A stretch of 64,000 nucleotides of DNA from a bacterium (GCA_044869275.1 JBIOXB010000195.1:1-64000); one strand, 5' to 3'; shown: positions 30,016 to 40,120, numbered from the stretch's first letter. Numbers and translations: made by a program. The notes: generated by a model from the letters alone, not told the origin.

Positions 30016-30435
30016 ATGAAGCACAAGACTTTGATAGCTGCCTGGCTAGTCGCTAGCTTGTTCGCAGGCACGGCGGCAGGCCAGAACCAACCTCAACAAG
30101 ACAGGCTGCAAATGCTGGCGAAGCGCAGTTACCTTTCGTCGTTGAATTCCGAACACGCTTGCATCCGCAACAGCACTATTTTTCGCGTGATGCAGTATCG
30201 CGCGGCATATCCGCAGGACGACCTTCGGCCATTCGTAAAAGCCTTGCGCGAGATGAGCGTAAAAGACGCTTCTCCGCAGAATCGCTTGTATGCTTTCGTT
30301 GCCTGCACTTTTTTGGAGAACGAAAAACTATGGCAGGCGGCGGGCAAGCCACCCAAGCAGGAAGATGGCAAAGAGGCTTACTTCGCGCGCCTGCAAGGAA
30401 TCTTGCAAAGCAACGAAGCGGTGGCGAAAGAATGA
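30016..30435 (+). CDS. Hypothetical secreted protein
   Basis: AAGGAG RBS and signal peptide. Confidence 0.75.
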   Translation: MKHKTLIAAWLVASLFAGTAAGQNQPQQDRLQMLAKRSYLSSLNSEHACIRNSTIFRVMQYRAAYPQDDLRPFVKALREMSVKDASPQNRLYAFVACTFLENEKLWQAAGKPPKQEDGKEAYFARLQGILQSNEAVAKE

Positions 30436-30588
30436 ATGCAACTGGTGCAGGCCATGGGAGAGGGATCCTTTTCAGAATTTGAGGCTGCCTCGCTTCTGCA
30501 AAGGATTCCTCTTGACCAACGGCAAGAATGGGTACACAGCCAAACGCATGAGAGTTACGCGACGCTGCGCGGGTTCGATCCACGCGCT

Positions 30589-31458
30589 TCACTTTTCCGG
30601 CGGCGAAACTTGCGCCGCCTCATTGCCGAAGAAAAAGACCAGCGGCCGCCACGCGCGCCGGCCCCAGGAGGCTTCGTTGTGGCCGTCGCCGATGCCATAA
30701 TGATATTCCAAATCCTCCCGCAAGACAAATCCTTTTTTGATCAGGGTATCGCGCATGCGTTTAAATACCGACAGATACCGCCCCTCGTCATTTTCGCTGC
30801 CGTGATCCGTGTAGAGGCGAATGCGCGGGGTGGGCTTGGGGTCATGCTTGATATCTTCAAACACCGCGGCTTTGTTCCACATCCATGAGGCGGAAATGCC
30901 TCCCGCCATGCTGAACACTTCCGGATGCCACCAGGCCAGATAAAAAGAAATCAAGCCACCCAGAGAAGAACCCATCACCGCCGTGGCTTCGCGATTGGGC
31001 AGCGTGCGAAAATGCGCGTCGATGAACGGCTTGACTTCTTGAATGATGAACTCGGCATATTTCTGCCCCTTCAGCGGCGTGTATTCCTGAATGCGCGCCG
31101 GAGTGTTCCACAAGCCGACAATGATGAAGGGGCGAACGAGCTGGCGTTGCAGTAAAAATTCCGCGGTTCCATCAAGCTGCCAATCCACGCCGGCGAAAGC
31201 CGTGGTGGGGTCGAAAAGATTCTGGCCGTCTTGCACGTAAATCACGGGGTAACGCCTGCTGGCGTCCGTTTCATAATCCGGGGGCACCCAGATCGTGAAG
31301 TTGCGCTCATTGCCAAGATGTTTTGAAGGGAATTTGCGAATGTGCCGCAAATTACCCTGAATTTCGGCAGCAGCCGGCCGCCGTTCCATAAAAGACCGAA
31401 AAGGCATCTTCCTAAAAACCTTTCCAAATGAGAAATTGTGTTCGTGGGGTTCTTTCAC
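30589..31458 (-). CDS. Alpha/beta-hydrolase esterase
   Basis: YPVIYVQDGQNLF, GSSLGG, GHNEASW. Confidence 0.9.
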   Translation of the reverse strand: MKEPHEHNFSFGKVFRKMPFRSFMERRPAAAEIQGNLRHIRKFPSKHLGNERNFTIWVPPDYETDASRRYPVIYVQDGQNLFDPTTAFAGVDWQLDGTAEFLLQRQLVRPFIIVGLWNTPARIQEYTPLKGQKYAEFIIQEVKPFIDAHFRTLPNREATAVMGSSLGGLISFYLAWWHPEVFSMAGGISASWMWNKAAVFEDIKHDPKPTPRIRLYTDHGSENDEGRYLSVFKRMRDTLIKKGFVLREDLEYHYGIGDGHNEASWGRRAWRPLVFFFGNEAAQVSPPEK

Positions 31459-31489
31459 TTCGTCGAGAATTGCAGGTCGTGTGCGGGCG

Positions 31490-31717
31490 TCATGATTTCA
31501 AAAAAGCGGGTAAATCCTCCGCCGCGGCATGCTCCTCCCACTTGATCCATTCAAACGGCGTGCGGCAAGCGCGGCAATAGAATTGCGCATAGGCATGCGT
31601 CGTCCCAAACGCCGCTTCGCCGTGCGTGTCTTGCGAATGGCAAAACGGGCAGGACACCGCCGGCTGCAATGCGTTGCCGCGAGCAGCCGGGGTTTTGTTC
31701 TCGGAAAATCGTTTCAT
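31490..31717 (-). CDS. Stand-alone PaaD-type C-terminal zinc ribbon
   Basis: CPFCHSQDT...FGTT...YCRACRTPFEWIK. Confidence 0.8.
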   Translation of the reverse strand: MKRFSENKTPAARGNALQPAVSCPFCHSQDTHGEAAFGTTHAYAQFYCRACRTPFEWIKWEEHAAAEDLPAFLKS

Positions 31718-32565
31718 GCTTCACCCAATTTGAAAATCGCATTCTTGCTGCCGCGCAGATGATAGAGCAATTGTGCGTCCGGCTGGGTGGCGGCGCAGCG
31801 GCGCGTGCTGGCATTCCATGCACCGAATGCAAGTGGCTTTTGCAGGCGCCAATGCTCGCCCTCTTTTTCCAGGCCGAGGCTCATCTGGTGTTGCGCCGCC
31901 AGCGGCTCGACCCAATCTAAAAACCGTTGCGCCAAATCCTGCCAGGACATATTGATCACACCGTCGCGCTGCAATGCTGCCATCATTTGATGCTCCGCCG
32001 GCCCCAACCATTCCATGGTTGAGACGAGCACGCGGCGGCAAGCTTCTTCCAGCAGCGCTTTGGTGGGCGCGCCGGCGGCGGCGAGCGAATGGAACCAGCC
32101 TTGCGCGTTGCGCACGTGATGCTTCTCTTCTTCTACCATCTTGTCGACAAAATTTGCCACCGGCTCGAAAGCAGAGCGTTGCAGTGCGGTCAATAATACC
32201 GTCAACGCGCCGTCGGTGAGGAAATTGACCGCGACAAAATCCGCCCAATGCTGCAGGGGCTGATCGAGGGCAGGCACATTTGCAAAATCCGTGAAGGCGC
32301 GGCCTTCCAGTAAATCTTGTGGAGGAACATGAAAGTGGGACGTCAAACAAGCATGCAAAAGGCGCAAATGGCCGAACTCATCCTGCGCCATGCTGCATGC
32401 CGCGATGCTGGCTTCCAGCGCCGGCGTGCCGAACGTCCATTCGCCGTAATGAAAGCCGAGAAAGAGCTTGCTATCGGCCAAAGCCAATAGCAACGCCTGC
32501 ACGGCGTCGCGCGTGGGCGCGGGCAAGTCGGCGGCGGATTTGAAGGTCGGCACGGTTGTCCTCAA
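31714..32565 (-). CDS. paaC: Phenylacetyl-CoA epoxidase subunit C-like (ferritin-like)
   Basis: LADSKLFLG, PALEASIA, AQDEFGH, EEEKHH. Confidence 0.8.
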   Translation of the reverse strand: MRTTVPTFKSAADLPAPTRDAVQALLLALADSKLFLGFHYGEWTFGTPALEASIAACSMAQDEFGHLRLLHACLTSHFHVPPQDLLEGRAFTDFANVPALDQPLQHWADFVAVNFLTDGALTVLLTALQRSAFEPVANFVDKMVEEEKHHVRNAQGWFHSLAAAGAPTKALLEEACRRVLVSTMEWLGPAEHQMMAALQRDGVINMSWQDLAQRFLDWVEPLAAQHQMSLGLEKEGEHWRLQKPLAFGAWNASTRRCAATQPDAQLLYHLRGSKNAIFKLGEA

Positions 32566-32577
32566 AAATGGTAAGGA

Positions 32578-32793
32578 TCAATTTCCCCAGATCGGCTTGC
32601 CCTCGGAATTCAAAACCGGAATCACTTCCTGGCGGCGCACGACGCACATCTCCACCCATGTTTCTTCATCGTAGGCCGTCCACGCATGGACTTTTGCCAG
32701 ATCGTCGTTCGGCGCATTCACGCTGCCCACATGCATGAGCGGTTCTTCGTGATTCTTACGGGCAAAGACTTCGTAGATTATTTGTGCCTTCAT
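32578..32793 (-). CDS. paaB: Phenylacetyl-CoA epoxidase subunit B-like
   Basis: YEVFAR...HVGSVNAP; start moved to MKAQI. Confidence 0.78.
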   Translation of the reverse strand: MKAQIIYEVFARKNHEEPLMHVGSVNAPNDDLAKVHAWTAYDEETWVEMCVVRRQEVIPVLNSEGKPIWGN

Positions 32794-32831
32794 TTTTTGC
32801 GGCCAGCGTTTTTTGAACACACCAGTAAAAC

Positions 32832-34190
32832 TCAACTCACGGCGCGCGACTTCGAGGCGCGCTTCAGCCGTGAAGCCAGTACTGGCGTGCTCAAACGTTT
32901 CCAAGCGGCGGCGGCATTGATAATGCCGAAACCGAGATTGTAATCCCAGCCGTCGCCCTCCAGATCCGTGGCGCTGCGCAGCAATGCGCCTTTCAATTGC
33001 GCCGGGGTCAAACGCGCGGGTGAGAATTTCTGGCGTAAGGCTGCGGCCACGCCTGCCGCCACCGGACACGCCGCCGAGGTGCCGCTATCGGCCGGAAAGA
33101 TTCCTGACCCGGCAAAATGGCTGTAAGCAGCCAGATCCGGTTTCTGCATCTCCAACCCGCCCGGACCCTGGGAAGAATATCCCAAACGGCGGTCCGTCAA
33201 AGTGGCCGCGGCCACGGTGATAACATCGGGATGCGAATTTGCACCGTGAATGCTGGCGCCCGGACCACGATCCATTTCGCCGCAGCGCGGATCGGGGCAA
33301 TTGCCGCCACAATTTCCCGCGGCGAAAAATACGTCCGCGCCCGCGGTCACCAGGGCACGCACGATTTGATTGAAGGGATGCTCGAGGTTCATGCTGTAGT
33401 TTTCCGGCGATCCCAATGGCGCATCTTCGGCGCGATTGTACATGCCCCAGCTATTGTTGACCACCAGGGGGCCGGGCTCGCGTGAGGTGATCAACTCGAT
33501 CAAGTCGGCAAGCGCCGCAATCGCATCGGAAAGAAACGCGATCCACGCGTTATTATTCGCCGAGCGCAACAACGCATAATCGAGAATGGCCGCTTCCGGC
33601 GCGGCGATTTGCGCGTCGAAAGCCACCATGGTACCATGCTCGCGCAACGCCGTTCCCGGCACGTAGTTGACGTCCGGTGACCAGCCGCCGGTGACCGGAA
33701 CCATGTCGCCATTCACGCCGGTATCGACGATGGCGATACGAACTTTTTTGCCGGTAATGTTCTCACGCTGCAAGGTGCGCATGCCGAGCTTATTGAACAC
33801 CTCGGTGGCACTGCCCATCGCCGCACGGCCGCAATAGGGCGTGGGAAAAGGTGAAATGGAAGGGTCGGCATAAACGCCTAGGACTTCACGGTGCCGATCG
33901 TGGCGCAGACGATTAATCGCCTCTTCGTCCTCCGCACGTACGCGCACCCCATAGGCTGGGCCCATTTCCTTGCTGAATATTTTGTCGTAGCGCAGCCCCT
34001 CGGCGGCGCCAGGATTCTTTCTCATCGCCGGTAGGCCGGGGAGAGGGACCGGATGGTATTGTTCGTCTATTTCCAAACCCTGGACCTGAACTTCTCTCTC
34101 CAACTGGTTTTGCGCCCGCTCCATCGACTTTTGATGCCACCCTCGCCTCAGTGAATCCCGATCGCGCAAAACCACGATCTTCTGCAGCAT
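32832..34190 (-). CDS. Subtilisin-like S8 serine peptidase, no signal peptide
   Basis: IVDTG, EHGT, AAGN, SGTSAACP. Confidence 0.92.
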   Translation of the reverse strand: MLQKIVVLRDRDSLRRGWHQKSMERAQNQLEREVQVQGLEIDEQYHPVPLPGLPAMRKNPGAAEGLRYDKIFSKEMGPAYGVRVRAEDEEAINRLRHDRHREVLGVYADPSISPFPTPYCGRAAMGSATEVFNKLGMRTLQRENITGKKVRIAIVDTGVNGDMVPVTGGWSPDVNYVPGTALREHGTMVAFDAQIAAPEAAILDYALLRSANNNAWIAFLSDAIAALADLIELITSREPGPLVVNNSWGMYNRAEDAPLGSPENYSMNLEHPFNQIVRALVTAGADVFFAAGNCGGNCPDPRCGEMDRGPGASIHGANSHPDVITVAAATLTDRRLGYSSQGPGGLEMQKPDLAAYSHFAGSGIFPADSGTSAACPVAAGVAAALRQKFSPARLTPAQLKGALLRSATDLEGDGWDYNLGFGIINAAAAWKRLSTPVLASRLKRASKSRAVS

Positions 34191-34229
34191 TCCGACCCTT
34201 TCAAAAGACTGGCTTTTTCAAGTATGCAC

Positions 34230-34541
34230 TCACCGAAATTTCTGCGCGCTTGCCATTTGCACCCGTCCATCCGAAAAGAACTTGACCCCATCGCCGAGCA
34301 TCTTTTCCGCGCGCTGCCTGGCTTCGGGCGTGGCCTGCCCGCGCACCACAACACGCTGTTGCTGCGCATTGACGCAGATTGGCCGGTAATTCTTGTCCAG
34401 CTCTATCCCCGTCCCCTGTAGCAGGCGCTGCAATTGCTTGAGATCGACTGGCGTTCCCACGGTAGCGCGAGCGGAATTCACTCTTTCGGGTGCCAAGTCA
34501 ATTTGAATAATGTATCGTTGAGGAGCAACCGGCATCTTCAT
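34230..34541 (-). CDS. Small hypothetical protein upstream of the subtilase
   Basis: AAGGAGG RBS; 103 aa; co-oriented with the S8 gene. Confidence 0.7.
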   Translation of the reverse strand: MKMPVAPQRYIIQIDLAPERVNSARATVGTPVDLKQLQRLLQGTGIELDKNYRPICVNAQQQRVVVRGQATPEARQRAEKMLGDGVKFFSDGRVQMASAQKFR

Positions 34542-34602
34542 GCGGATACCCTCCTTTCCTCGAGATAAAACGATTGAACTTCAAATCACACTCTGAATAA
34601 AA

Positions 34603-34917
34603 TCATACCGCAATGCCCATACTCAACAACACCGCGCGGCCGTTTGGCGTCAGGCGCGTCTTGGTCCACGGCGGATTCCACACCACGTTCACCTGTGCCG
34701 AGGAAATGCCGGGCAGCGTTTGCACTTTGTCGCGCACCTCGTCGATGATCATGCCCATGGCCGGGCAGGCAATCGCCGTAAAGGTTAAATCGATTTCGGC
34801 GTTGCCATGTTGCACGCGCACGTCATAAATCAAACCCATGTCCACGACGCTGAGGGGCAATTCCGGATCCATGACTTCCTGCAACGCCTGCCAGACGTTG
34901 TGTTTTTCTGCTCCCAT
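34603..34917 (-). CDS. DUF59 / PaaD N-terminal metal-sulfur cluster protein
   Basis: VMDPELPLSVVDMGLIY, TAIACP, WNPPWT. Confidence 0.9.
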   Translation of the reverse strand: MGAEKHNVWQALQEVMDPELPLSVVDMGLIYDVRVQHGNAEIDLTFTAIACPAMGMIIDEVRDKVQTLPGISSAQVNVVWNPPWTKTRLTPNGRAVLLSMGIAV

Positions 34918-34929
34918 CGCTTTACCCGA

Positions 34930-35874
34930 TCAGTTCCACTGCAAACCGCCAAAAATTCCGCTTTTGTCGCCTTGAATCATGTCCACATAAGTCTGATTCA
35001 TCGGCCCACGGCTTTTCCAGCGCTTGAACACCTGCTCCCAGGTGATGGGCTGCTCAAACCGCCAGCGCTTTTCCTGGGGATCATACTCGCACGGGAACGG
35101 ATACTCGATGAAGTATTGTTTCGTGGCTTCATCGAAATGCGCGGGCACGTTGATGCCGATGCTCGCGCACAGCGGCACGGTTGCGTTCATCCACACCTGG
35201 CGCAGTTGATCGTTGGTCAGGCCTTTCAGGCGATAATCCAATTGATCGTTGTGCTTCTTGAGCGTGTCGGGCAGGCCGAACCACTCCAGCGTCATCGGAA
35301 ACATCCAGTCAACCGCGCGTTGCAAAGCTTCTTTCGCCGCGCCGCCGGCTTTGGCCAGGCGCTTCATCCAGCTCTCACCGTGGCGCAAATGCAAAACCTC
35401 TTCGCGATCGACCTTCGTCAGCGCGCGCTGCCACGGCCCGTAGCTGCAGTTTTTATGCACGTCGGCGAGCAGCGTGATGCCGGCGCGGTCGAAAAAACCG
35501 TTCGCCACCACCATCTCCGCCCAGTTTTCCAAGGGCTGGTCGAAGCCGTAAGGATGCTTGAATTCATGCGGCGCGCGGCCGTAAATCAGCCATTGCTTCG
35601 ACACGCCCAAATCTTCCAGAATGCGATAGGCAATATTGGCGTGGCCCAATTCATCTTGAATGATGGCGTACACCGCCAGGCGGCTGTTGATGGTGGGCGC
35701 GTCTTTTGAAGCGAAGTAATAGGCCGGCGCGCTCAACAGCTCGGTATCGCCTTGCACGGTGAGAATGACTTCCAGGGCTTTTTTGTAGCCCGGCGTCATG
35801 TCGTCTTCGCTTTCGACGATATAACCATTGGCGATTTTTTGGCGCAGCTCGGCGTCTTTTTCTGGTGGCAACAT
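34930..35874 (-). CDS. paaA: Phenylacetyl-CoA epoxidase subunit A-like
   Basis: QDELGHA and REEVLH diiron ligands; LEWFG, NDQLRQ; start MLPPE. Confidence 0.85.
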   Translation of the reverse strand: MLPPEKDAELRQKIANGYIVESEDDMTPGYKKALEVILTVQGDTELLSAPAYYFASKDAPTINSRLAVYAIIQDELGHANIAYRILEDLGVSKQWLIYGRAPHEFKHPYGFDQPLENWAEMVVANGFFDRAGITLLADVHKNCSYGPWQRALTKVDREEVLHLRHGESWMKRLAKAGGAAKEALQRAVDWMFPMTLEWFGLPDTLKKHNDQLDYRLKGLTNDQLRQVWMNATVPLCASIGINVPAHFDEATKQYFIEYPFPCEYDPQEKRWRFEQPITWEQVFKRWKSRGPMNQTYVDMIQGDKSGIFGGLQWN

Positions 35875-36091
35875 GATCGGCTCTTGCCTTAATGGCTTTG
35901 ACGAGTGCTTGAAGATAGACACTGACGGGCGCAATGTCAAGCAGGCAAACAAAAACCCGCAATGAATTGCCGCGCGCTTTGCGGCTGCAAATTCATGCAG
36001 GAAGAATCTCATTCATTCACGGCACCAGTGGCCTAGAGCTTCATTGGCGTCAAAGCGCTTGCGCGAATGACAAAAAGTTATAGATTTCGGC

Positions 36092-36550
36092 TTAGAAGGG
36101 TTTCATCACCACCAGCACGATGGTGAGCATGGCGAGCAGCAGGTTAAAGCCGCCAAACAATAAATGGCTGTTCTTGACTTGATTGGCTTCTGCGGCTTTG
36201 CCCTCCGCGCGCAGCGCGATCATGCGTTTGAGATTGCGGAGATCCAAATGCGAAAGCCCGACGAGCACCACCACCAGAGTGCTCTTGGCGTGCAGCCAGC
36301 TGCCGGTGCTGAAGGCGTTCGTGAAAATGGCAAGAATCAGTCCGGTGAGCAGGGCTGTCACCAAGCCATAAAACTCGACGTATCTCGTGACCGCCAGGGC
36401 CATTTTTTCGCTCGCCTCCTGCTCTACCACGGAAGCCGAGCGAAATTTGCGCAGCAAGAAAAGCTGCGTCATGGCGCCGCCGACACCGGCGATGACGAAA
36501 AGAATGTGCACGATCTTCAACAAGTGGCCGGCCAGAATTGCAAAATCCAT
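36092..36550 (-). CDS. Four-TM membrane protein (DUF2269/SirB2-like)
   Basis: Hydrophobic helices; WLHAK; terminal KPF; AGGAG RBS. Confidence 0.75.
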   Translation of the reverse strand: MDFAILAGHLLKIVHILFVIAGVGGAMTQLFLLRKFRSASVVEQEASEKMALAVTRYVEFYGLVTALLTGLILAIFTNAFSTGSWLHAKSTLVVVLVGLSHLDLRNLKRMIALRAEGKAAEANQVKNSHLLFGGFNLLLAMLTIVLVVMKPF

Positions 36551-36665
36551 CCTTTTCTCCTATTTTGTCGAGGAACGAAATGCGAGCACGTTTGAAAAGA
36601 AAATAGGCAGGCGAGCGCGCAATGTCAAGTGTTTGCACCAGGATGGAAATAAAATAAACCAAGAG

Positions 36666-37232
36666 ATGATTGCACCGCGAACTTTATTGGAAGCCTACAG
36701 CCAGGGCATTTTTCCCATGGCGGACGAAAAAGGCCGTTTGAATTGGTATGAGGCCGATCCCCGTGCCATCGTGGAAATCGACGCGTACCGCATACCGCGC
36801 GATTTGAAGCGCGTATTGAATCGCCAGGCTTTTGCCATTCACTTCGACCGCAGCTTCGAGCAAGTCATGCGCGGCTGCGCCGCGCGTGCGCAAACGTGGA
36901 TTTCCGAAGAGATCATTCGCTCTTACCTGGCATTGCACCAATTGGGTTATGCGCACAGTGTCGAAGCCTGGCAGAACGGCAAATTGGCGGGGGGATTGTA
37001 CGGCGTGCGCGTGGGTGCGGCATTTTTTGGCGAGTCGATGTTCTACCGCGTTTCGCACGCTTCAAAAGTGGCGCTGGCGCATTTGCTGCAACATTTGCAG
37101 GCGCGGAGGTTTCTATTGCACGACGCGCAAGTGATGACACCGACGCTCGAGCTTTTTGGCGCGAAAAACATTTCGCGCAGTGAGTACTTGGTGCGCTTGC
37201 GCGCGGCGTTGAATCAAAAAGCCTCGTTCTAG
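36666..37232 (+). CDS. aat: Leucyl/phenylalanyl-tRNA-protein transferase
   Basis: AYSQGIFPM, AHSVEAW, GGLYGV, FFGESMF, ASKVAL. Confidence 0.95.
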   Translation: MIAPRTLLEAYSQGIFPMADEKGRLNWYEADPRAIVEIDAYRIPRDLKRVLNRQAFAIHFDRSFEQVMRGCAARAQTWISEEIIRSYLALHQLGYAHSVEAWQNGKLAGGLYGVRVGAAFFGESMFYRVSHASKVALAHLLQHLQARRFLLHDAQVMTPTLELFGAKNISRSEYLVRLRAALNQKASF

Positions 37233-37276
37233 CGGCCGGGGGAACCACAATTTCCGCCGCCAGGACACGCTGGAAT

Positions 37277-39793
37277 TCACTTTGATTTCAGCGTGGTTTT
37301 CCAGAGAAACGGCTGGTGAAAAAGACACTGATTCACCAGCGCGTAAACCGCCAGGCCGAACACCACGGCCAAAGGCAGCCACCACCCGAAGAAAAATAAC
37401 AAAATTCCTGCCGAGCCTGGAAGATATTTCCACAAACTCGTCTTCCAAAACGCCGGATCGCGCAAGTGCGGCAACCTGGCTCCCGCGCTTTCAACGTCGC
37501 GGCTTGATCTGGTGGTGCGGCCGGTGGCAGCGGCCATGCGCTTCGTATAACGAATTCCGGCAACAAACAGGTCCACGATCGCATTCCACTTCCAAATCAA
37601 CAAGCCCATGGCAGCCGCCATGACCAGCATGGTTCGCAATGATGCTTCCAGCCAGCCGTCCCAAACTGTAAAACGGGCAATGAAGGGCGGCAACCGGAGC
37701 AAGGCCTCGGGCAGATCATATTGCAGTCCGGCAATGAAAAAATAGCTGCCCCACAACAGGAACATAGCTGCCGTGCAGCAGGAGCTGAAGGCTTTGAGAT
37801 GCAGCGCGCGGAAGAAGCGGTGCTTGCCCACCTGGATGACCTGGCGCAGATGGTGCGCGTCAGACATGGCGTGCGGCAGCTGGAATGCGGCCTTCCAGTC
37901 AACCTCCTCATAGAAATTCTCCTGGGCAGCGAACGAATCGTAGAGATACGTATCGGCCATCACATAACCGAGATTCACCAGGGCAGCGATTTCCTCCTCG
38001 CCAAAACCGTCGAGATCCGTCCTGATTTCAGCAAGCCCCTGGCGCAGTTGCGCGAGCTGCGCAATCCGCGCTTGTGCTTGGGGAGCCAATTCGTGGTGGC
38101 GCGCGGCGAGGCCCGTAGCATTATCGGAAACGATGTGAAAGTATGCCGCTTCGTCAAACTTGCGCGTCGCCAGAATCCGCTTGATTTCCCGGGGCGTGGC
38201 CTCGGCCTCTAATGTCGAGCTCGCAGCCCCCTTCCACTCATACAAAACTTCCTGATGCAAGTCCGCCAGGTCTTGCACCAAAAGATTGGTGATGCGCCAA
38301 GGCAGCATGAGTCGATTAACGGAAGAGTAGCGCTGGTGCTGGTAGATTCCGCCGGCATCACTGACAATAACGTAGCTGCAGTATTCGTCGCGCAGCGCCC
38401 ATATTCCCATATTATCGAAAACGCCGCCGTCCGTCAATCCCAGGGTTGCCACATGACTGTCATTGTATATTCGATAAAACAAGATGGGCGGGAAGACCGG
38501 CGGAAAACACGCCGAGCAACTGACGGCGGTGCCCAGGGTGAGATTTTCCCAATCCTCCTTCAGGTCACGCGATACGACCATGGCTTGCCTGAGCGCGTAC
38601 AATTCAAACAAGAAATCCAGCGTCAGGGCGTAGCCGGCCTTGGTTTCGAGCCCTTCACTGAGCTTGGCATCAATGCGCGCAAGTGCTTCCCAGAATCGTT
38701 CGCGATGATGCGCAGCGGCGAGCTTCGCCTGGCGGAGCTGGCCGAACTCGGCACGCAAAAGGAGCTGAATACCCGGCACTGCAAAAATCACTGACCAGCC
38801 GCCGGCCTGCTGCAAAACCTGCGGCCGCTGCGCTTGGGAAAAATCGATCACGGCATCAGGGTGGTGGCGGAGCCACAACAATAATTTCGCCAGAAATAAA
38901 TGCGGCGTTCTGAGCTTGCGGAGGCGAAGCGTGAGCGCCTCGTCGTTGAGATAATCCGCCAGGCTTTTATGTTTGAACAGCAGGGCTTGAAGCCGCTCGC
39001 ACACTTCTCTGCCCTCATTCAGCTTTTCGATTTCGCTGTGCCGGAAGTAGCCCAGGAACCAGTCCCCGATCTCGGAACTGGAAAAGAAAAATCTCGCGCC
39101 GGAGTTCACCGAGGTGGCATTCATGATCAGCTCGGTGAGGGCACAGCCATCTGCTTTTTCGGACTGTTCGCGGTTATAGTCCTCCAGTTCCTCCGGCGGC
39201 TCGCGCGTCGCGCCGATGTCGCGCAGTCGAATTCTTCCCGGCCAAAGCCGCTGTGCCCAATGGCGGAAGGGGTCGAGCCAGCGCCGTTGCTGCCATGGCG
39301 GCTGCCAAAGCCAGCGCAGCCAAAGCAGCGGGGCATAGGAAACCGGATCACGAGAACTCTGCATTAAGCGGTCAACGGTGTCCCGGAAAATGTACCTTTC
39401 ATACAGATGCGCCATGCGCTCCCCCAAATTGTAGGGGGTGAGCAGTACTCCCAGCATGCCCAGCGGATTCAGCCACAGTCTATTGCGGAGATTGCGGCGT
39501 ACGGCTCTGATCATGGTCTTTTCGAGCCGATGGATGATTTCGACATAATGCTCGTTGCCCAGCGCGCGGTTGTGCTCGAGCATTTTCTGCTTCAACAGCA
39601 GCATATAAAGCGCGCCGATAATCGAACCTCCCGAGACCGTCGACAAAACCTCCACCCGGCGCAGCAGATTCAGCTCGGCCATGCGCTTCAACACTCCTAG
39701 GTGAAACAAGGAAGCCCGAAAACCTCCGCCTGACAGCGCCAGCCCCAGCTTCTTACGAGGGGCGCTACCATGGGTGTGCATATGCTCACTCAT
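37277..39793 (-). CDS. Patatin-like phospholipase with large insertion and C-terminal TM helices
   Basis: LSGGGFRA, STVSGGS, DGGVFDN. Confidence 0.88.
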   Translation of the reverse strand: MSEHMHTHGSAPRKKLGLALSGGGFRASLFHLGVLKRMAELNLLRRVEVLSTVSGGSIIGALYMLLLKQKMLEHNRALGNEHYVEIIHRLEKTMIRAVRRNLRNRLWLNPLGMLGVLLTPYNLGERMAHLYERYIFRDTVDRLMQSSRDPVSYAPLLWLRWLWQPPWQQRRWLDPFRHWAQRLWPGRIRLRDIGATREPPEELEDYNREQSEKADGCALTELIMNATSVNSGARFFFSSSEIGDWFLGYFRHSEIEKLNEGREVCERLQALLFKHKSLADYLNDEALTLRLRKLRTPHLFLAKLLLWLRHHPDAVIDFSQAQRPQVLQQAGGWSVIFAVPGIQLLLRAEFGQLRQAKLAAAHHRERFWEALARIDAKLSEGLETKAGYALTLDFLFELYALRQAMVVSRDLKEDWENLTLGTAVSCSACFPPVFPPILFYRIYNDSHVATLGLTDGGVFDNMGIWALRDEYCSYVIVSDAGGIYQHQRYSSVNRLMLPWRITNLLVQDLADLHQEVLYEWKGAASSTLEAEATPREIKRILATRKFDEAAYFHIVSDNATGLAARHHELAPQAQARIAQLAQLRQGLAEIRTDLDGFGEEEIAALVNLGYVMADTYLYDSFAAQENFYEEVDWKAAFQLPHAMSDAHHLRQVIQVGKHRFFRALHLKAFSSCCTAAMFLLWGSYFFIAGLQYDLPEALLRLPPFIARFTVWDGWLEASLRTMLVMAAAMGLLIWKWNAIVDLFVAGIRYTKRMAAATGRTTRSSRDVESAGARLPHLRDPAFWKTSLWKYLPGSAGILLFFFGWWLPLAVVFGLAVYALVNQCLFHQPFLWKTTLKSK

Positions 39794-40120
39794 CTTATCC
39801 TCATGGGAACGTATGGCATCAATGCTTCAGAAGATCCCGAAATCATGGCAACGCATGCGGCAATGAGAAACGATCTCAGGGCCTGCAATTGGCCGCAGAC
39901 AGCTTTCCGTCGGCAAACTCAAGGGCCGTTCCGAATGATGAATGCCGTGTGAAATTACCCGCAATGAGGGCCTGAAGCGTGAATGCAAGGATCTATTCAA
40001 TTGGAAAGGCCTAGGGTTTTTCAGAAGGCGTGGTGACATCCTTCCCCATTTTTGGAATGGAAAAATATGTAAAATTGGCGAGGCGTTGTCAAGGACAAAA
40101 TCTTGGTGGTCCCGGAGTCT

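Noticed and set aside
32794..33069. Long N-terminal extension of paaB in the ORF track
   Set aside because: Overlaps the subtilase C-terminus; PaaB similarity starts at MKAQI
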